Source: Eledone cirrhosa
Lineage: Eukaryota
Length of the DNA stretch: 64,000 nucleotides
Assembly: GCA_964016885.1 (NCBI GenBank)
Contig: OZ024740.1
Location: forward strand, 419,616,001 to 419,680,000
Direction: 5' to 3'
Shown: one piece after another, positions 11,633 through 24,995 of the stretch
How positions within the stretch are numbered: the stretch's first letter is position 1
Layout of the letters: each line of letters opens with the position of its first letter
Notes under the pieces: model-generated
The model's database searches: none
Told to the model about the DNA's origin: nothing
What the model saw: the letters and a program-made list of their open reading frames with translations, nothing else
Translations under genes and position numbers: made by a program

Positions 11633-13207
11633 CTTTTACAAACAGTTGATTTCATTAGAAACTTCTAGATCTGTATCCATGCGAATTATTGTTTGTCCCA
11701 CATGATAGATGACATCTGTCTCCATGTGAACTATTGTTTGTCCCTCTCCACATGATGGATCACATCTTGCCACAAGTATTTATTTAAACCTCATCCCTTT
11801 ATTCCACCTTATTCAATCTCCCCAGAAATATATTCTATTGGTTTCAACATCAGACTTCTACAGATATTATTGCTTTATATTTTATTATAATGCTGCTTGT
11901 CAAAAGTTTACCCATGTTTATATATGTTGTTGGGGCGATGAATTGGCAGTCATTAGAACGTCAGAGTGCTTTGCAGTATTTATTTCAGCTCTCAGAGTTC
12001 ACATCTGGCTATGGTCAGCTTTGCCTTTCATCGATTCAAGGTCAATAAAAAATGTACCAGTCTAATACTGGGGTTGATATCTCTTTCTCACTTCCATTCT
12101 CTCTCACTCTCTATGCTTCTCTGGAAGAACTCTGCTGTACTCGGTCTTGGAGTAGAGATGGGCTCTACCAGGTTTTAAGATTGCTCTAGAAACACTGTAT
12201 TTCAATACGGTGCCACCACGGGTCCTTCAGGTGTTTCACAAAAAAGAAAACATGTTGTTGATTTTAATATAAAACCTTTCCTTTTTTAAATGTTCATATT
12301 TAAGTTAAAACCTCTCGTCATAGTTTTTATCTAAGACCTTTATTGTTATATTCTGAGCACAAACCCAATAATGAAATTCCTGATTATTTAAAAAAATTAA
12401 TTGACCCTTATAGGCAGTGCATATCATTAGAAATATGGTTATGAAAGGGTTAATAAAGTAACAGAATATTTACTGTTGTCCAAGAGTTACACCAGAGAAA
12501 AATTTACTTTGTCTGTTAAATCTCTTGATACTTGTGTTTAAATCTTTGGGGAATTTATAGAAAAATCAACTATCAAAATAGCAGAAGAGTAAGATCTATA
12601 AGTCTAAGCAACTTTTTCTAGAATATAATTTCTCATGCCAGCATGACAAAAACAGGCATAAAATGATGACCATTATGATTGTTGATGTCTGTTCAATAAT
12701 GTTTGATCTAAAGATACCCACTGTTGTTTTAACATAGTTTTAGCTGATAGAAATAGTCTTGTTTGTTAATATACAAGCTTGTAGTCAATTATGATTAGAA
12801 TCAACATGATTTTCACTTTGACATTTAACATAACGTTGTAATTCTACATTGTAATTTGCCTGTCATTAGATCTTGTTTTAATATTGACTTTTAAATTCAC
12901 ATCATTGAGCTAGTTTAGCCGACAGTACTGCTAGTAACTGTATATGTTTAGTTTGCCTCTTCTTATGAAATGCTAGATATATGTGAATGTAAGATTTTTG
13001 AAAAGTCAAGTATCTATCTTCTACATATTTACACACTAGAAGTAAATGGACCGAGCCATTTATATGTTTGCTTCACCAACCATCATTAATTTATTGCGAT
13101 AAAATTGATGTAAAGGGTTCAGATTTTTCCGGAGATCTTTTTAACCATCAGATTTGTTATCATTTTCATTTCTATAATCGAACAAATATTTTTCTCTGCA
13201 TACATTG

Positions 13208-13520
13208 CAGGAGCTGGTGCAGTAATGTGCTGGCTTCACCATTTAGTAATCAGAAGAAGGGAGGTAGGTGTAAAAGTCAAACTCAGTGTCTTCAATTCAG
13301 TATTTGTACCAACCCTTACCTATGGTCATGAATCTTGAGTAATGACCGAAAGAATTCAATTGCGAATGCAAACGGCTAAAATGGGGTTCTTTGGAGTAAT
13401 GTTACTCGTTAGTGCATAGCTCAGAGAGTTGCTCCATGTAGAGCCTCTACTTCTCCGAATTGAGAGATCACAGCTCCAATATTATGGACATGTGGTTAGA
13501 AAGTCCCTGGAAAGAATCAC
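13208..13520 (+). mobile_element. RTE LINE fragment, second family (Rex3/Expander-like)
   Basis: PTLTYGHES and VEPLLLRIERSQLQYYGHVVR remnants; same family at 15315, 26340 and 54285. Confidence 0.75.
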
Positions 13521-13912
13521 CAACATTATGCCAATGTTAGAAACAATTACTTTAGGAAAGGCATTAATGTTACAACTTTGTATTTCTCTTTCTTCTAAGA
13601 AGTTACTCAGGATAATTATAGGCTGATCAATATTACTATGAACAGTAAAACAGTAATTGATGACATTACAATTGTGTGAGATCAATATCTTGGATTTATA
13701 AATTGATCCATTATATGTGAAGTATTCAAACCTAGCTACTAACCTTGCATCAGCAACACATATACTTATCTCCTTTAATCACTGTGTGTAATATATTGAA
13801 ACTTATGTAGCTTTAAAATACTAGGTGTAACAATATAAGCTGATATCTAGATTTACTGCATTAAATAATTAGTGTAAAACCTTTAAAATATAAATATATA
13901 TATATATATACA

Positions 13913-15032
13913 CAGGGGGTCTCAAAAAATGTATACACACTTCAACAACAACAACAAAAAAGGCATTAAAATAAATTTTGTTTTATATACACTAGCAGAA
14001 ATGTGTAGTGTGTATATTGATATTATACGCAAGTATATATACATGTAGATATGATCAAATAAAATCGTAATTGACAATATACACAGAAATTGAAAGAAGA
14101 CTGTGTTACACTCTTTTATGTAATCAGTAACGTAATCCATTATACATTAAAAAAAAGACGATATTATATGTAAACTGCATTAGGAGAAAATTAGTGACGG
14201 AAAATAAGTATGTTTATTTAAGCGATTGCCACCAGAAGTGGTGGTATATATATGGTTTCTATATATATGGTAGTTGAAGTGGTGGTGGTGGCAACGATAT
14301 ACCGGAAGTGCAACTTTGAAAAGAAGTCAATTTTAAATTATTTACTTTTACGAAATTATTTTTGTTTACGAAATTTAGTAGATAAATTATGTAATATTCA
14401 TTATTTATTCAAAGTAATCCAACTTATTTTACTAACGGGATAAAAAAAACAAAAAAACGTATGCAGTCCCGCAGACCTTCCTTTATTATAGTTTAGATTG
14501 GTGGATTGGCAGTATCGGTAGAGGGTCGGACGCCATGCTTTGCAGCATAGAGTTACGGCCCTTGCCATTCTGAGTTCAAATCCCGCCGAAGTTAACTTTG
14601 CCTTTCATCCTTACAGGGTCGATAAAATAAAGTACCAGTAATGTACTGGGTAATTGCTGGCCTTGTGCCAAAAGTAAAAACATTTAAATTATGAGGGCAG
14701 TGAATTAGCAGTATCTGTAGAGTGTCAGACACCATGCTTTGCAACATAGAGTTATGGCCCTTTACATTCTGAGTTCAAATCCTGCTATAGTTAACTTTGC
14801 CTTTCTTTTTTACGGGGTTGATAAAATAAAGCACCAGTATTGTACTGGAGTGATTGCTGGCCTTGTGCCAAAAGTAGAAACAATCATTTAAATTATGTAA
14901 ACATTTTTAGGTGTTTACATACAATTGAAATATGTCTGTAGATCATTTTATTTTGGGGAAAGGCTGTGCATTCTAATAAATATTGCCTGTACAGGTAATC
15001 AAAGTGTGTATACATTTTGGGGGGACAGCCTG
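13913..15032. mobile_element. Tc1/mariner-type MITE with nested insertions
   Basis: Imperfect TIRs cagggggtctcaaaaaatgtatacacactt / aagtgtgtatacattttggggggacagcctg in TA-rich flanks. Confidence 0.65.
14498..14886 (+). mobile_element. Two tandem tRNA-headed SINEs (Meta-domain-like family)
   Basis: Both have tggcagtatc A-box-like head, gagttcaaatcc and gcctttc...ataaaataaagtaccag core. Confidence 0.85.
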
Positions 15033-15182
15033 TATATATATGTATGTATGTATATATGTGTGTGTGTTTGATGACCTTGTGATAAACAGGTGAAACTCCA
15101 GAGTAACAAGACTCACTATTTAGCCTTCAGACATTTTGCTGCCCAGCTCTTCTAAGAGTTTCCTACCATTTGATAAAATGAA

Positions 15183-15245
<63 letters not shown>

Positions 15246-15314
15246 TAAACTACATTTGGTTGAGTTAGGCAGTATTGGGAAAATTGAAATTAAAAAATTA
15301 AGTGTAAGAATTTC

Positions 15315-15843
15315 AGGAGCTGGTGCAGTAATGTACCAGCTTTAGCATTTGATCATCAGAAGAAAGGAGGTAGATGTAAAAGCCAAACTCGCTATCTTCA
15401 ATTTGGCATTCATGCTAACCCTTACCTATGGTCATGAGTGAAAGAATACGATCATGAATACAAGTAGCTTAAATGGGGTTTCTCCGAAGTGTCTTTGGAA
15501 TGTTACTCGATAGAATGTGTAGCTCAGATATCAGAGAGTCGCTCCATGTAGAGCCTCTACTTCTCTGAATTGAGAGATAACGGCTCCAATATTATGGACA
15601 TGTGGTTAGAATGTCTCAGGAAAGAATCACTGGACAGATTTAACAAGCAAAACCAACTGGCAGGAGACCCAGGGGTAGACCCCGAGTAAGATGGTTGGAT
15701 AGCATCCATCAACTTGGTTGGTTTTGCTTGGGGATCCAACCAGATTAATTGAAAACAGTTGCTTCTAACAAGACCCGCTGGAAGGATTGTGATGAGGACT
15801 CTTCCCCCATGAATCTCTCAGGAATAAGTGGGTGAAGAAGAAG
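15315..15843 (+). mobile_element. RTE LINE 3' fragment (Rex3/Expander-like) with (GAA)n tail
   Basis: KPTGRRPRGRPRVRW remnant; homologous to 13208-13520 and 54285-54690. Confidence 0.8.
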
Positions 15844-17180
15844 AAAATATAGTCACCACAATGTAGGTAACTATAATAATATTTTAACAAATCAGGTAAA
15901 CTACTTCTGGAGATAGAAGAGGTGCTTCAATTCCCTGCAAGTGTCTCTGTCAACATTGTTTTCATCTCCAGAAGTACTTTACCCAATTTATCCAAATACT
16001 ATTATAGTTATCTGCAGTGTGGCAACTATATTTTCAAAAATATGTTTATATTTTGAAATGTGTTCATCCCAGCTATTATTTATAGTGATCAAATATTATT
16101 ATTATGGTTTTGGAACACACACATTTCAAAATACAAATATATATTTGAAAATATAATTACCACTATGCAGAAAACTATAAATAATAGTTGAATAAAATGG
16201 GTAAAGTACTCCTGGAGATGAAGAAAAAGGTGTACAGACTGTTGCAAGGAACCAAACTGCTTTTTAGTGCAGTGGTTAATACACAGGCCCCCACATCCAT
16301 GAGGTGTTTGATTCCTTGCAGGTGCCTCTCTTCACTCTTTTCTCAGCTATTTATAGTAATTAACTATTATTGCAGTATCAGTAGAGCGTCAGACAACGTT
16401 TTATGGCATTGAGTTATGGCCCTTTACGTTCAAGTCCCACTGCCGTTTGCTTTGCCTTTCATCCTTATGAGGTCAATAAAATAAAATATCAGTAACGCAC
16501 TAGGGTCGAATTAATTGACTTTCCCCTTCCCACAAAATTGTTGGCCTCGTGCCTAAATCAGAAACCATTATTATAATCATCTGCATTTTCAAATAATTTT
16601 CCCAATACTTCTTAAGACAACCATTCTTTACACTTCTAGCTACAAGCTTAAAATCTTTTAAGTAGAGAGAATTAGCAGCCAACAGCTCTTTAGTGCATGC
16701 ATTTGAAATATTCCTAATACATCTTAAATCAACCGTTGTTGATGTATTTCTATATCTGGGATGTCAACCGTTGTTGATGTATTTCTATATCTGGGATGTA
16801 CAGTCTTGGCCATAATTTATCATTCAGTAACACACTATTCAAAGTTAATGCATTATTGTATTAATGAAGAATAATGGTACATCAATTCAAGGTGGTGCCC
16901 CAGCATGGCCTGCAGTCTAATAACTGAAACCAATAAAAGAGTAAAAATTCAATGGAAAATGTGCAATTTAGTTACATAATTTACATGAAGATTGCAGTAT
17001 ATTCTTGCAGTTTGTTTTTCAATTCATAAAAATTAACCCTTTAATTTCCAACCCGGCCAAAACCGAATCTGATTTGCTGAAATAAAACCACCCATTTTAA
17101 AGGTTTCCAATTTAAATTAAAATCTTCCTACAAAATTTTTTTATAAGATCCTTACATTAAGTTACTATCTTAGTAATGAA

Positions 17181-17686
17181 ATCATCATCATCATCATCAC
17201 CGTTTTACGTCCGTTCTTCCATGCTAGCATGGTTAGACGGGTTGTCCTGTTGTGGGCAGTGTCTGGTAGGCTGACCATGCCTTGCTCATACAGGAACTGA
17301 TTTTGGCTTGATTTCTACAGCTGGATGCCCTTCCTAACACCAACCTCATTTACAGTGAGTGCTGGGTGCTTTTTCCGTGGCGCCTACACGACCACTTTAC
17401 AGTGTGGGCTGGGTGCTTTTTTGCCGTGGCACCTCCACGACCACCTTGCAGTGGGAGGGTGTGGGGGCATATTGTCTATATGCTTCAGCTTGTACCCATG
17501 GGAGGTCGATTACTCTCTATTACTGCGTGACGCCAGAGGTCACGGTCGTGTGTCATCGCCTTTGAGAGGTGTAATTGGGTAATGTCGGCTTTTATCACCT
17601 CATCCCAGGTCTTCTTGGGTCTCCCCACTCCGCGGTTTTATTGACTTCTAGTGCTCTGCACCTTTTTATGCAGCTGTCATTCTTCA
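17181..17686 (-). mobile_element. 3' end of RTE LINE-A (ORF end, 3' UTR, (GAT)n tail) in inverted orientation
   Basis: Minus strand starts tgaagaatgacagctgcataaaaaggtgcagagca (KNDSCIKRCRA), continuing where the plus-strand body stops at 21614. Confidence 0.85.
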
Positions 17687-20600
17687 AGACACACTTAACT
17701 CTGAAAGGCTAAAATGAATCACTAGAGCTGCTTAAACACGTTCCCGCCATCCATCCATACAAATCTTTTCAGGTATCCCTATTTCCCTAATTGCAAATGT
17801 TCTGCTCACAACTATTGCTGTATTTATCACTTCGCTAGCTTCCACAACATATTTATTTTGTTACCCTCTTTTTCTCTACCATGCTGCCTCTCAATCTGTC
17901 TATTTTGCCATCAAAAGCTACAGGCCATGACTTGGCTACCTAATTCGCTGTTGCTGTATTCACTTCTATCGGTTATTTTGCCATAACGGCAACCCCCTCT
18001 CTATGATGGCTACCCCCTCTCTCTATGATGGCTACCCTCTCTCTATCTATCTCTAAGCCACCTATTACCTCCCTGTCCCTCTCACCCATTCCTTCTTCAC
18101 ACATCTTGAAGTTATTGAAGAGATAAGACACACTTGACTCTGAAAGGCTAAAATGAATCTAGAGCTGCTTAACCACGTTCCAGCCATCCAGCCATACAAA
18201 TCTTTTCAGGTATCCCTATTTCCCCAATTGCAAATGTTCTGCTCACAACTATTGCTGTATTTATCACTTCGCTAGCTTCCACAACATATTTATTTTGTTA
18301 CCCTCTTTTTCTCTACCATGCTGCCTCTCTATCTGTCTATTTTTCCATCAAAGGCTGCAGGCCATGACTTGGCTACCTACCTCACAATTTCCCTCCCACC
18401 ACCATAGCCTATTCGACCAATCAAACCTGAGCATGACCCCCTCCTCCCCTCCACTACCAACCCCAACAAACCCTGCCATTTCTACTACTACTACCTAACT
18501 CTCTCCTCCCCCCGTCCCAGCCCAACACACCCTGCCATTATTACCACCACCACTGTTCTTCTAGCCCTGAATTTTCCTACCATTATGTATGGATGAGCTG
18601 AGAATAAATTGGAGCAACTCTGAATTAATAGATGAAATGAATATGAATCCGGGAGCTACCAAGCACCCATGTGAAGCCCCAATCCAGAGACAGGAAGCAC
18701 ACACGCACCCCTGCAAAAATCGACCCTTCTCTACAAATGTCAACAAATGCCTAGAACTCCGAGTTGGTACCATCAATGTAAGCACAATGAAAGGAAGAGC
18801 AGGAGAAATCGTAGAAATGCTAGAGCAAAAGGAAATTGATGTATGCTGTGTGCAAGAGACTAAATGGAGAGGAGAGTCTGCTAGAGTCCTTGTAGGAAAA
18901 AGTCAGTGCTACAAATTTTTCTGGGTGGGAAATGACGATGGGATGGGTGGTGTAGGTATACTACTAGCTGACAAGTGGGTAGATAAAGTAATCTCAGTGT
19001 ACAGGGTAAATGCAAGAATCATTAAACTCAGACTAGTCCTGAATAAAACAATTGCCGCAATGATATCAGCTTACGCACCCCTATCAGGGTTGCCAGACGA
19101 ACTTAAGGATAGGTTTCACGAGTCCCTAATGCACACTACTGCTCTAACAAACGACAATGACTTCCTAATCATCGCAGGAGATTTTAACGGACACGTAGGT
19201 AAACACTGTGACGGCTTCAATAGAGTCCATGGAGGCCATGGGGTTGGCACAAGAAATGAAGAAGGATTCAGACTTCTAGAATTCTGCGACGCCAATGACA
19301 TGTTGATATGTAACACAAACTTCAAAAAACCTGACAACCACCTGATCACCTATAGATCAGGAGAGCATTCTAGTCAGATAGATTTTATCCTCATCAGAGG
19401 ACGTGACAGATGGACGGTCGTAAACACAAAAGCCTACCCTAGTGAGGAATGTACCTCCCAACATAGCTTAGTTGTCAGCGACCTCACGGTCAGAACTAGA
19501 CGAACCTGGAAACAGAGGCCAACCTGGAGAAGAAAGATCTGGAAGCTGAAAGACCCCTCAGCCAGCAACAGATTTAAAGATATTTTACTCAACGCCTACG
19601 ACAGTAAAGAAGGACAGATAGCGACATTCAATGTAGAGGAGCACTGGGAGTTCCTAAAAAATAACTTACTAGAGGCGACGGATGAGGTCTGTGGCTGGCG
19701 TAAGACCACAAGCAGGAGGAGAGTGACTTGGTGGTGGAACAATAAGGTAGATGAGGCAGTTAAGGTCAAGAGACAGGCATGGAAAGAATGGAAGAACGGG
19801 GGGAGCAGGGTACATTACATAGAGACCAAGAGGGAAGCTAGGCGACAAGTATACTTAGCTAGGAGGGAAGCAGAGGATAAAAAATTCAAGCACGTTTTGC
19901 AACGTGAGGACCAGAAACAGGAGGTGTTCAAGATTGCGAGGCAGTGTGTCAAAGAGAATTGTGATGTCATTGGAGAGAAGTGTATCCGGAATGATAAAGG
20001 TGAGCTTTCCCTCACAAGTGCTGAGAAGAAAGATGCATGGAAGAGCCATTATGATAGATTACTAAATGAGGAGAATGCATGGGAAGAAGAGACCCTACCC
20101 CAAGTAGACCCTATAGAGGGGCCAGCAGTACAAGTCAGCAGCAGAGTAGTAAGTAAGGCAATCAAAGATATGAAGATGGGGAAGGCAACCGGTCCATCGG
20201 GGATAGCTGCCGAGATGCTGAAGGCATCTGGGTCTGTAGGTCACACTATAACCACACGTATTGTTAACCAGATAATACTAGGTGTCATACCAAAAGATTG
20301 GTGCAGTAGCATCATTGTCAACTGCTACAAAGGTAAAGGTGATGCACTAGATAGAGGAAACTATAGAGGTATAAAGCTGATGGACCAGGTCATGAAAGTA
20401 ACAGAAAGAGTTATAGCACAGCTGACAAGGGACCGGGTGAAACTAGATGAGATGCAATTTGGGTTTGTACCAGGAAGAGGCACCACTGATGCCCTCTTCC
20501 TTGTGAGGCAGTTACAGGAAAAGTACCTAGCTAAAAGTAAGCCACTCTACCTGGCATTCATCCATCTCGAGAAAGCCTTTGACAGAGTTCCATGTGCTGT

Positions 20601-21614
20601 AATCTGGTGGGCTCTTAGAAAACTAGGAGTAGATGAATGGCTTGTGAAAGCTGTACAAGCCATGTATAGGTGAGCAGTCAGCAAAGTTAGGATTAGCAAT
20701 GAGTATAGCGAGGAATTTAGCGTACAGGTCGGTGTCCTCCAGGGCTCTGTTCTTAGCCCTCTCCTGTTCATCATAGTCCTGCAGGCAATAACGGAGGAGT
20801 TTAAGACCGGATGCACATGGGAACTCCTGTATGCTGATGACCTCGCACTTATAGCTGAATCTATGGTAGAACTAGAGAAGAAATTCTAAACTTGGAAGCA
20901 GGGACTAGAAAGAAAGGGTCTCAAAGTCAACATGACAAAGACTAAGGTCCTTGTAAGTAGATGAGAAAACAGAACCCAGATCCCCTCAGGGAAATGGCCT
21001 TACTCAGTATGTAGGAAAGGTGTAGGTAGGAACTCCATTCTCTGCCTCAAATGCAAACAATGGGTACACAAGAGATGTAGCGGGATCTCAGGAAGCTTAA
21101 TTAAGAATGTAGGCTTCACATGTAGCAGCTGTGCTGGGACAGCAAGCAGCAAAGAGCCACAGGAAACAAGTACCACCAATCTCTGGGAGGGCTCTGTAGA
21201 AACAGTAGACAGCTTCTGCTACCTAGGTGACCGAATTAGCAGCGGAGGTGGGTGTTCAGAAAGTACAATAACTAGGGTAAGAACGGGATGGAAGAAGTTC
21301 AGGGAACTACTGCCACTGCTAGCTGCAAAAGGCTTTTCCCTCAAAATGAAAGGCAGACTGTATGATGCGTGTATACGAACAGCAATGTTACATGGTAGTG
21401 AGACCTGGGTGCTGAAGGTGGAAGACTTACGTAGATTAGAAAAAAACGAAGCCTGCATGCTCCGATGGATGTGTAATAGTATATACGCGAACGACAAAGC
21501 ATAAATGAATTGAGAGAGAGAGACTGAGCATAAGAGGAATCAAATGCTGTGTGCAGGAGAGGTGGTTGCGTTGGTATGGACATGTGATGCGTATGAAGGA
21601 TGACAGCTGCATAA
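17686..21614 (+). mobile_element. RTE LINE-A body: 5' UTR with ~255-bp duplication plus APE-RT ORF
   Basis: 5' UTR repeat 17686-17942 / 18125-18379; ORF motifs as in the pseudogene entry. Confidence 0.9.
18589..21614 (+). pseudogene. RTE ORF: APE endonuclease, reverse transcriptase and PHD-like Cys cluster, disrupted by stops
   Basis: VGTINV, VQETKW, AGDFNGH, SQIDFIL, NYRGIKL, EKAFDRV, QGSVLSPLLF, LLYADD (~20824-20841); stop at 20671-20673 and further stops. Confidence 0.95.
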
Positions 21615-21743
21615 TTGATAATTTTAGTAAAACCCTCAAAATTCTTTACCTATTTGAAATAGAGTGTATTTTATTATAAATACAGTCACGAAAGGGAGTT
21701 TTAAACATCATCATCATAATTTATCATCCATTTTCCCCATTAG

Positions 21744-22455
21744 CAGGGCCAGATTTACGTATAAGCTAAACAAGCTATAGCTTGGGGGCCCCACTCTCTT
21801 GGGGCCCCGAAAAAATTGAAAAAAACGGTGTGTACATTTCCAACATATAAGTTAAAAAAAAACTAAAATAATGGTTTCTTATATAGGCACAAGGCCAGCA
21901 ATTTTTGGGAAGGAGAAAGGTGATTAAATCGACCCCAGTACATTACTGGTACTTTATTTTATCGACCCTGTAAGGATGAAAGTCAAAGTTAACCTCGGTA
22001 GGATTTGAACTCAGATTATAAAGGGCCATAACTCTATGCTGCAAAGCATGGCGTCCGACCCTCTACCGATACTGCCAATACTAAAATAATGCAATAGTTT
22101 TAAACAGTTTTCTGCCTTAATATTGAACGTTTTGCAGTTTTTATAACATTTTTTATAACATATAAAGGCCCCCATTATCTCAAATAGCTTTAGGGCGGTG
22201 GATTGGCAGTATCGGTAGAGGGTCGGACGCCATGCTTTGTAGCATAGAGTTATGGCTCTTCATGATCTGAGTTCAAATCCCGCTGAGGTTAACTTTGCCT
22301 TTCATCCTTACGGGGTCGATAAAATAAAGTACCAGTCATGCACTGAGGTCAATTTAATCGACTTTCCCCTCCCCCAAAATTGCAGGCCTTGTGCCTATAT
22401 AAGAAACCATTATCTCAAATAGCTTAGGGCCTCATCAAATCTAAATCCGGCCCTG
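21744..22455. mobile_element. hAT-type MITE containing two SINE insertions
   Basis: TIRs cagggccagattta / taaatccggccctg; 8-bp TSD cccattag/cccactag; SINEs 21872-22078(-) and 22193-22411(+) each with own TSD. Confidence 0.85.
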
Positions 22456-22709
22456 CCCACTAGAAAGGATTGAATTGGTCATCACAGACCAAGTCAGTAC
22501 ATAATGATGTGGAGAAAAATAGCTGCTACATGCTGTAGTTTAGGTGCTATGCCTACAATAATTACTATAGAGTCATATATCTCCAACTTCTTCAGTAGAA
22601 GCTGCTAGATTTCATGCAGATGAAAGGTTATGGCTACTTTCAGCATCATAATACTCCTGTCATCATCATCATCACTGTTTAATGTCCATTTTTCCATGCT
22701 GGTATGGAT

Positions 22710-22927
22710 TAACACTTTAGCAGTCTATATATACTATTGTATTTTCGCAGTAAAGGCTTTATCTCAATTAATTATCTCAAATAGTAATGAATCAACAAGC
22801 TTTTGATATTATTTATTTTGAGAACAATACCTTAACGTCTATATAATTGGCCGGTTACGACCAGTTTGAACAGAAAGAGGTGAGAGTATTCTGGCTGGAT
22901 ATAGCCAGTTTAAATGTTAAAGGGTTA
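22710..22927. mobile_element. TTAA-flanked MITE (piggyBac-like termini)
   Basis: ttaacacttta ... taaagggttaa; homologous to 61319-61534. Confidence 0.75.
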
Positions 22928-24528
22928 AGAGTTGTCCTGTTTTGAGACAAGACAGATCTGATGCCCGTGTCTTGCTCATACAGAACTGTTTCTGGTTTGG
23001 TTTCAACGGTTGGATGCCCTTCCTAATGCCAACCACATTTACAACGTGGAATAGCAGTCAAACATTAGCCTTAGAAGAGAGTTCAAATCATAAGTTTATG
23101 ACCTGGAAACAGTTCAGATTTGAACCCAGTTGAAAATTACTGAGCTATTCTCAAACGACATGCAGATAGAAGTTATTTCACACCAATGAAAGCATTGATT
23201 GAGACAATGAAATTGGTTTAGTGCACCAAAATAACCACAGAGCTGCTAAACTGACTGAATCAATACCTCTTCAGATAACTATTATCATGTGAGTATAGAG
23301 AAAACACTAAATATTAAGAAAAGATGATGTCATTAACTTGTTGCCATTCATTTTATATCAGCGGCTAATTATCATTGTAATAATAGAATAAAATGTTTTT
23401 CTTCAAAAATATTCCTATTTTCCTAGTGTATTACAAATAATAGCTAATATATATTTGGGCAGGTAGATATGACAAGGTGCAAACTGAGAACAGTAAAATA
23501 AAAAAAATAAAAATGAATGTTATTTTCATTCATGCTGAAGTTCCATTTAACCACCCACTTCATCTCCCCTCCATCTCTTGTATAGCTAGCTCCTTCATCT
23601 CCCCTCCATCTCCCCTATTTATAGTTAGCTAACTCCCTTATATGAGTGTATTTGCAACCCAAACTGTAGGTCATACATATTCTAGGTCAGCAAATGTAAG
23701 ATATGATTTCAATAAATCTACTAAGCAAAGAAAACTAAGTTGAAGAAACAAGGTAGTTGAAGAAACAACGTATTTTCAGAAACAATATTTATATGCATAG
23801 AATTATGAGAGAAAGGAAGACACAGAGAGAGTGGAAAGAAGAAAAGGGGGTACCAGGAGAAAGTATGGTTACTTGAAAAAGAAGATAGGCTTAGAGTAGA
23901 ACAAGTAAAGGAAGATTTTATTTCTTTTTCTTTTCACCTTTTTGTCCATTTCTTTCTGAGTCAATATCACTAAGGTAAACAAAATGTTTATTCACAATTG
24001 TCAGGTTTTTTTGTTATATTGATTTTGAGTGTTGGTATTGTTGTTTGTTCAAGTTATTACAAACATGATTATTTCACTTTATGGTTATGAAAAGATGACA
24101 AACACGCATTTTCAACTATTGACACAATGTAACATGAATATAAATATATATGTATATAAAGATTATCATTTCAGTCCACATATATGTAAATCACTGTTTT
24201 ATTTCACTTTGCTGACAGTGCTGTTTTTCAGGACATTCATCTGTAAAATCTAATTTTCCAGTATTCTGAAAATAATAATATCTGATCCTACGTCTTCTAT
24301 CTGTTATTATATTCCTAAGACTGTTTCTTATCAGTTCAACATTCTCAACAAATATATTGCACTAAACAACACAGTTTTTATTGATATATCTCAGACTTTT
24401 GTTGTTTTTCCTACTAATTTCCCTGTGTTGGACATCACATTGGGTTTTAACTATCACATCATTTTTTTTTTTTTTGTTCTGTGCCTTCCATGATATTTCT
24501 TAATAACCTTCATAAAAGGTACAAATAT

Positions 24529-24935
24529 AGGCTGTGACTACAGAGGACATGCATAGACTGGAGGGAAATGAAGCAACCATGCTTCGTTGGATGTGAAATG
24601 TAAATGTGAGCGAAAAGCAGAGCTTGGATGAACTGAGGGAGAAGCTGGGTTTAAGAGGAATCCAAGGTGGAGAGAAGACTGTGTTGGTACAGACATGTGG
24701 TGCACATGGATGATAATTGCTGGGTGAAGAAGTGCCAGGAAATGCCAGTGGAAGGAAACTGCAGTAGAGGTAGAACAAGAAAGACCTGGAGAGATGTGGT
24801 GAGAGCTGATCTCAAATCAAGGAGAAGACTCACAGATGAGATGACGAAGGAACACTGTGTGTGGGAAGATGCTGTGCTGCAAAGGATCCATCCAACCCAT
24901 GCAAGCATGGAAAGGTGGATGTACAAATGATGATA
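24529..24935 (+). mobile_element. RTE LINE 3' fragment
   Basis: RRLCWYRHVVHMDD...RGRTRKTWRDVV; ends aacccatgcaagcatggaaa...atgatgat. Confidence 0.8.
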
Positions 24936-24995
24936 AAGGCTGACCAACATTCGTTTTAGTGTCTAAGAAGTTACACATATACTTTAGTGCTGATT

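Noticed and set aside
14498-14600. tRNA genes at A/B-box motifs across the window
   Set aside because: They are SINE heads that continue into conserved SINE bodies and lack a full cloverleaf
18589-20673. 694-aa ORF as a functional host gene
   Set aside because: RTE APE-RT ORF truncated by a stop before the YADD motif, with further stops downstream
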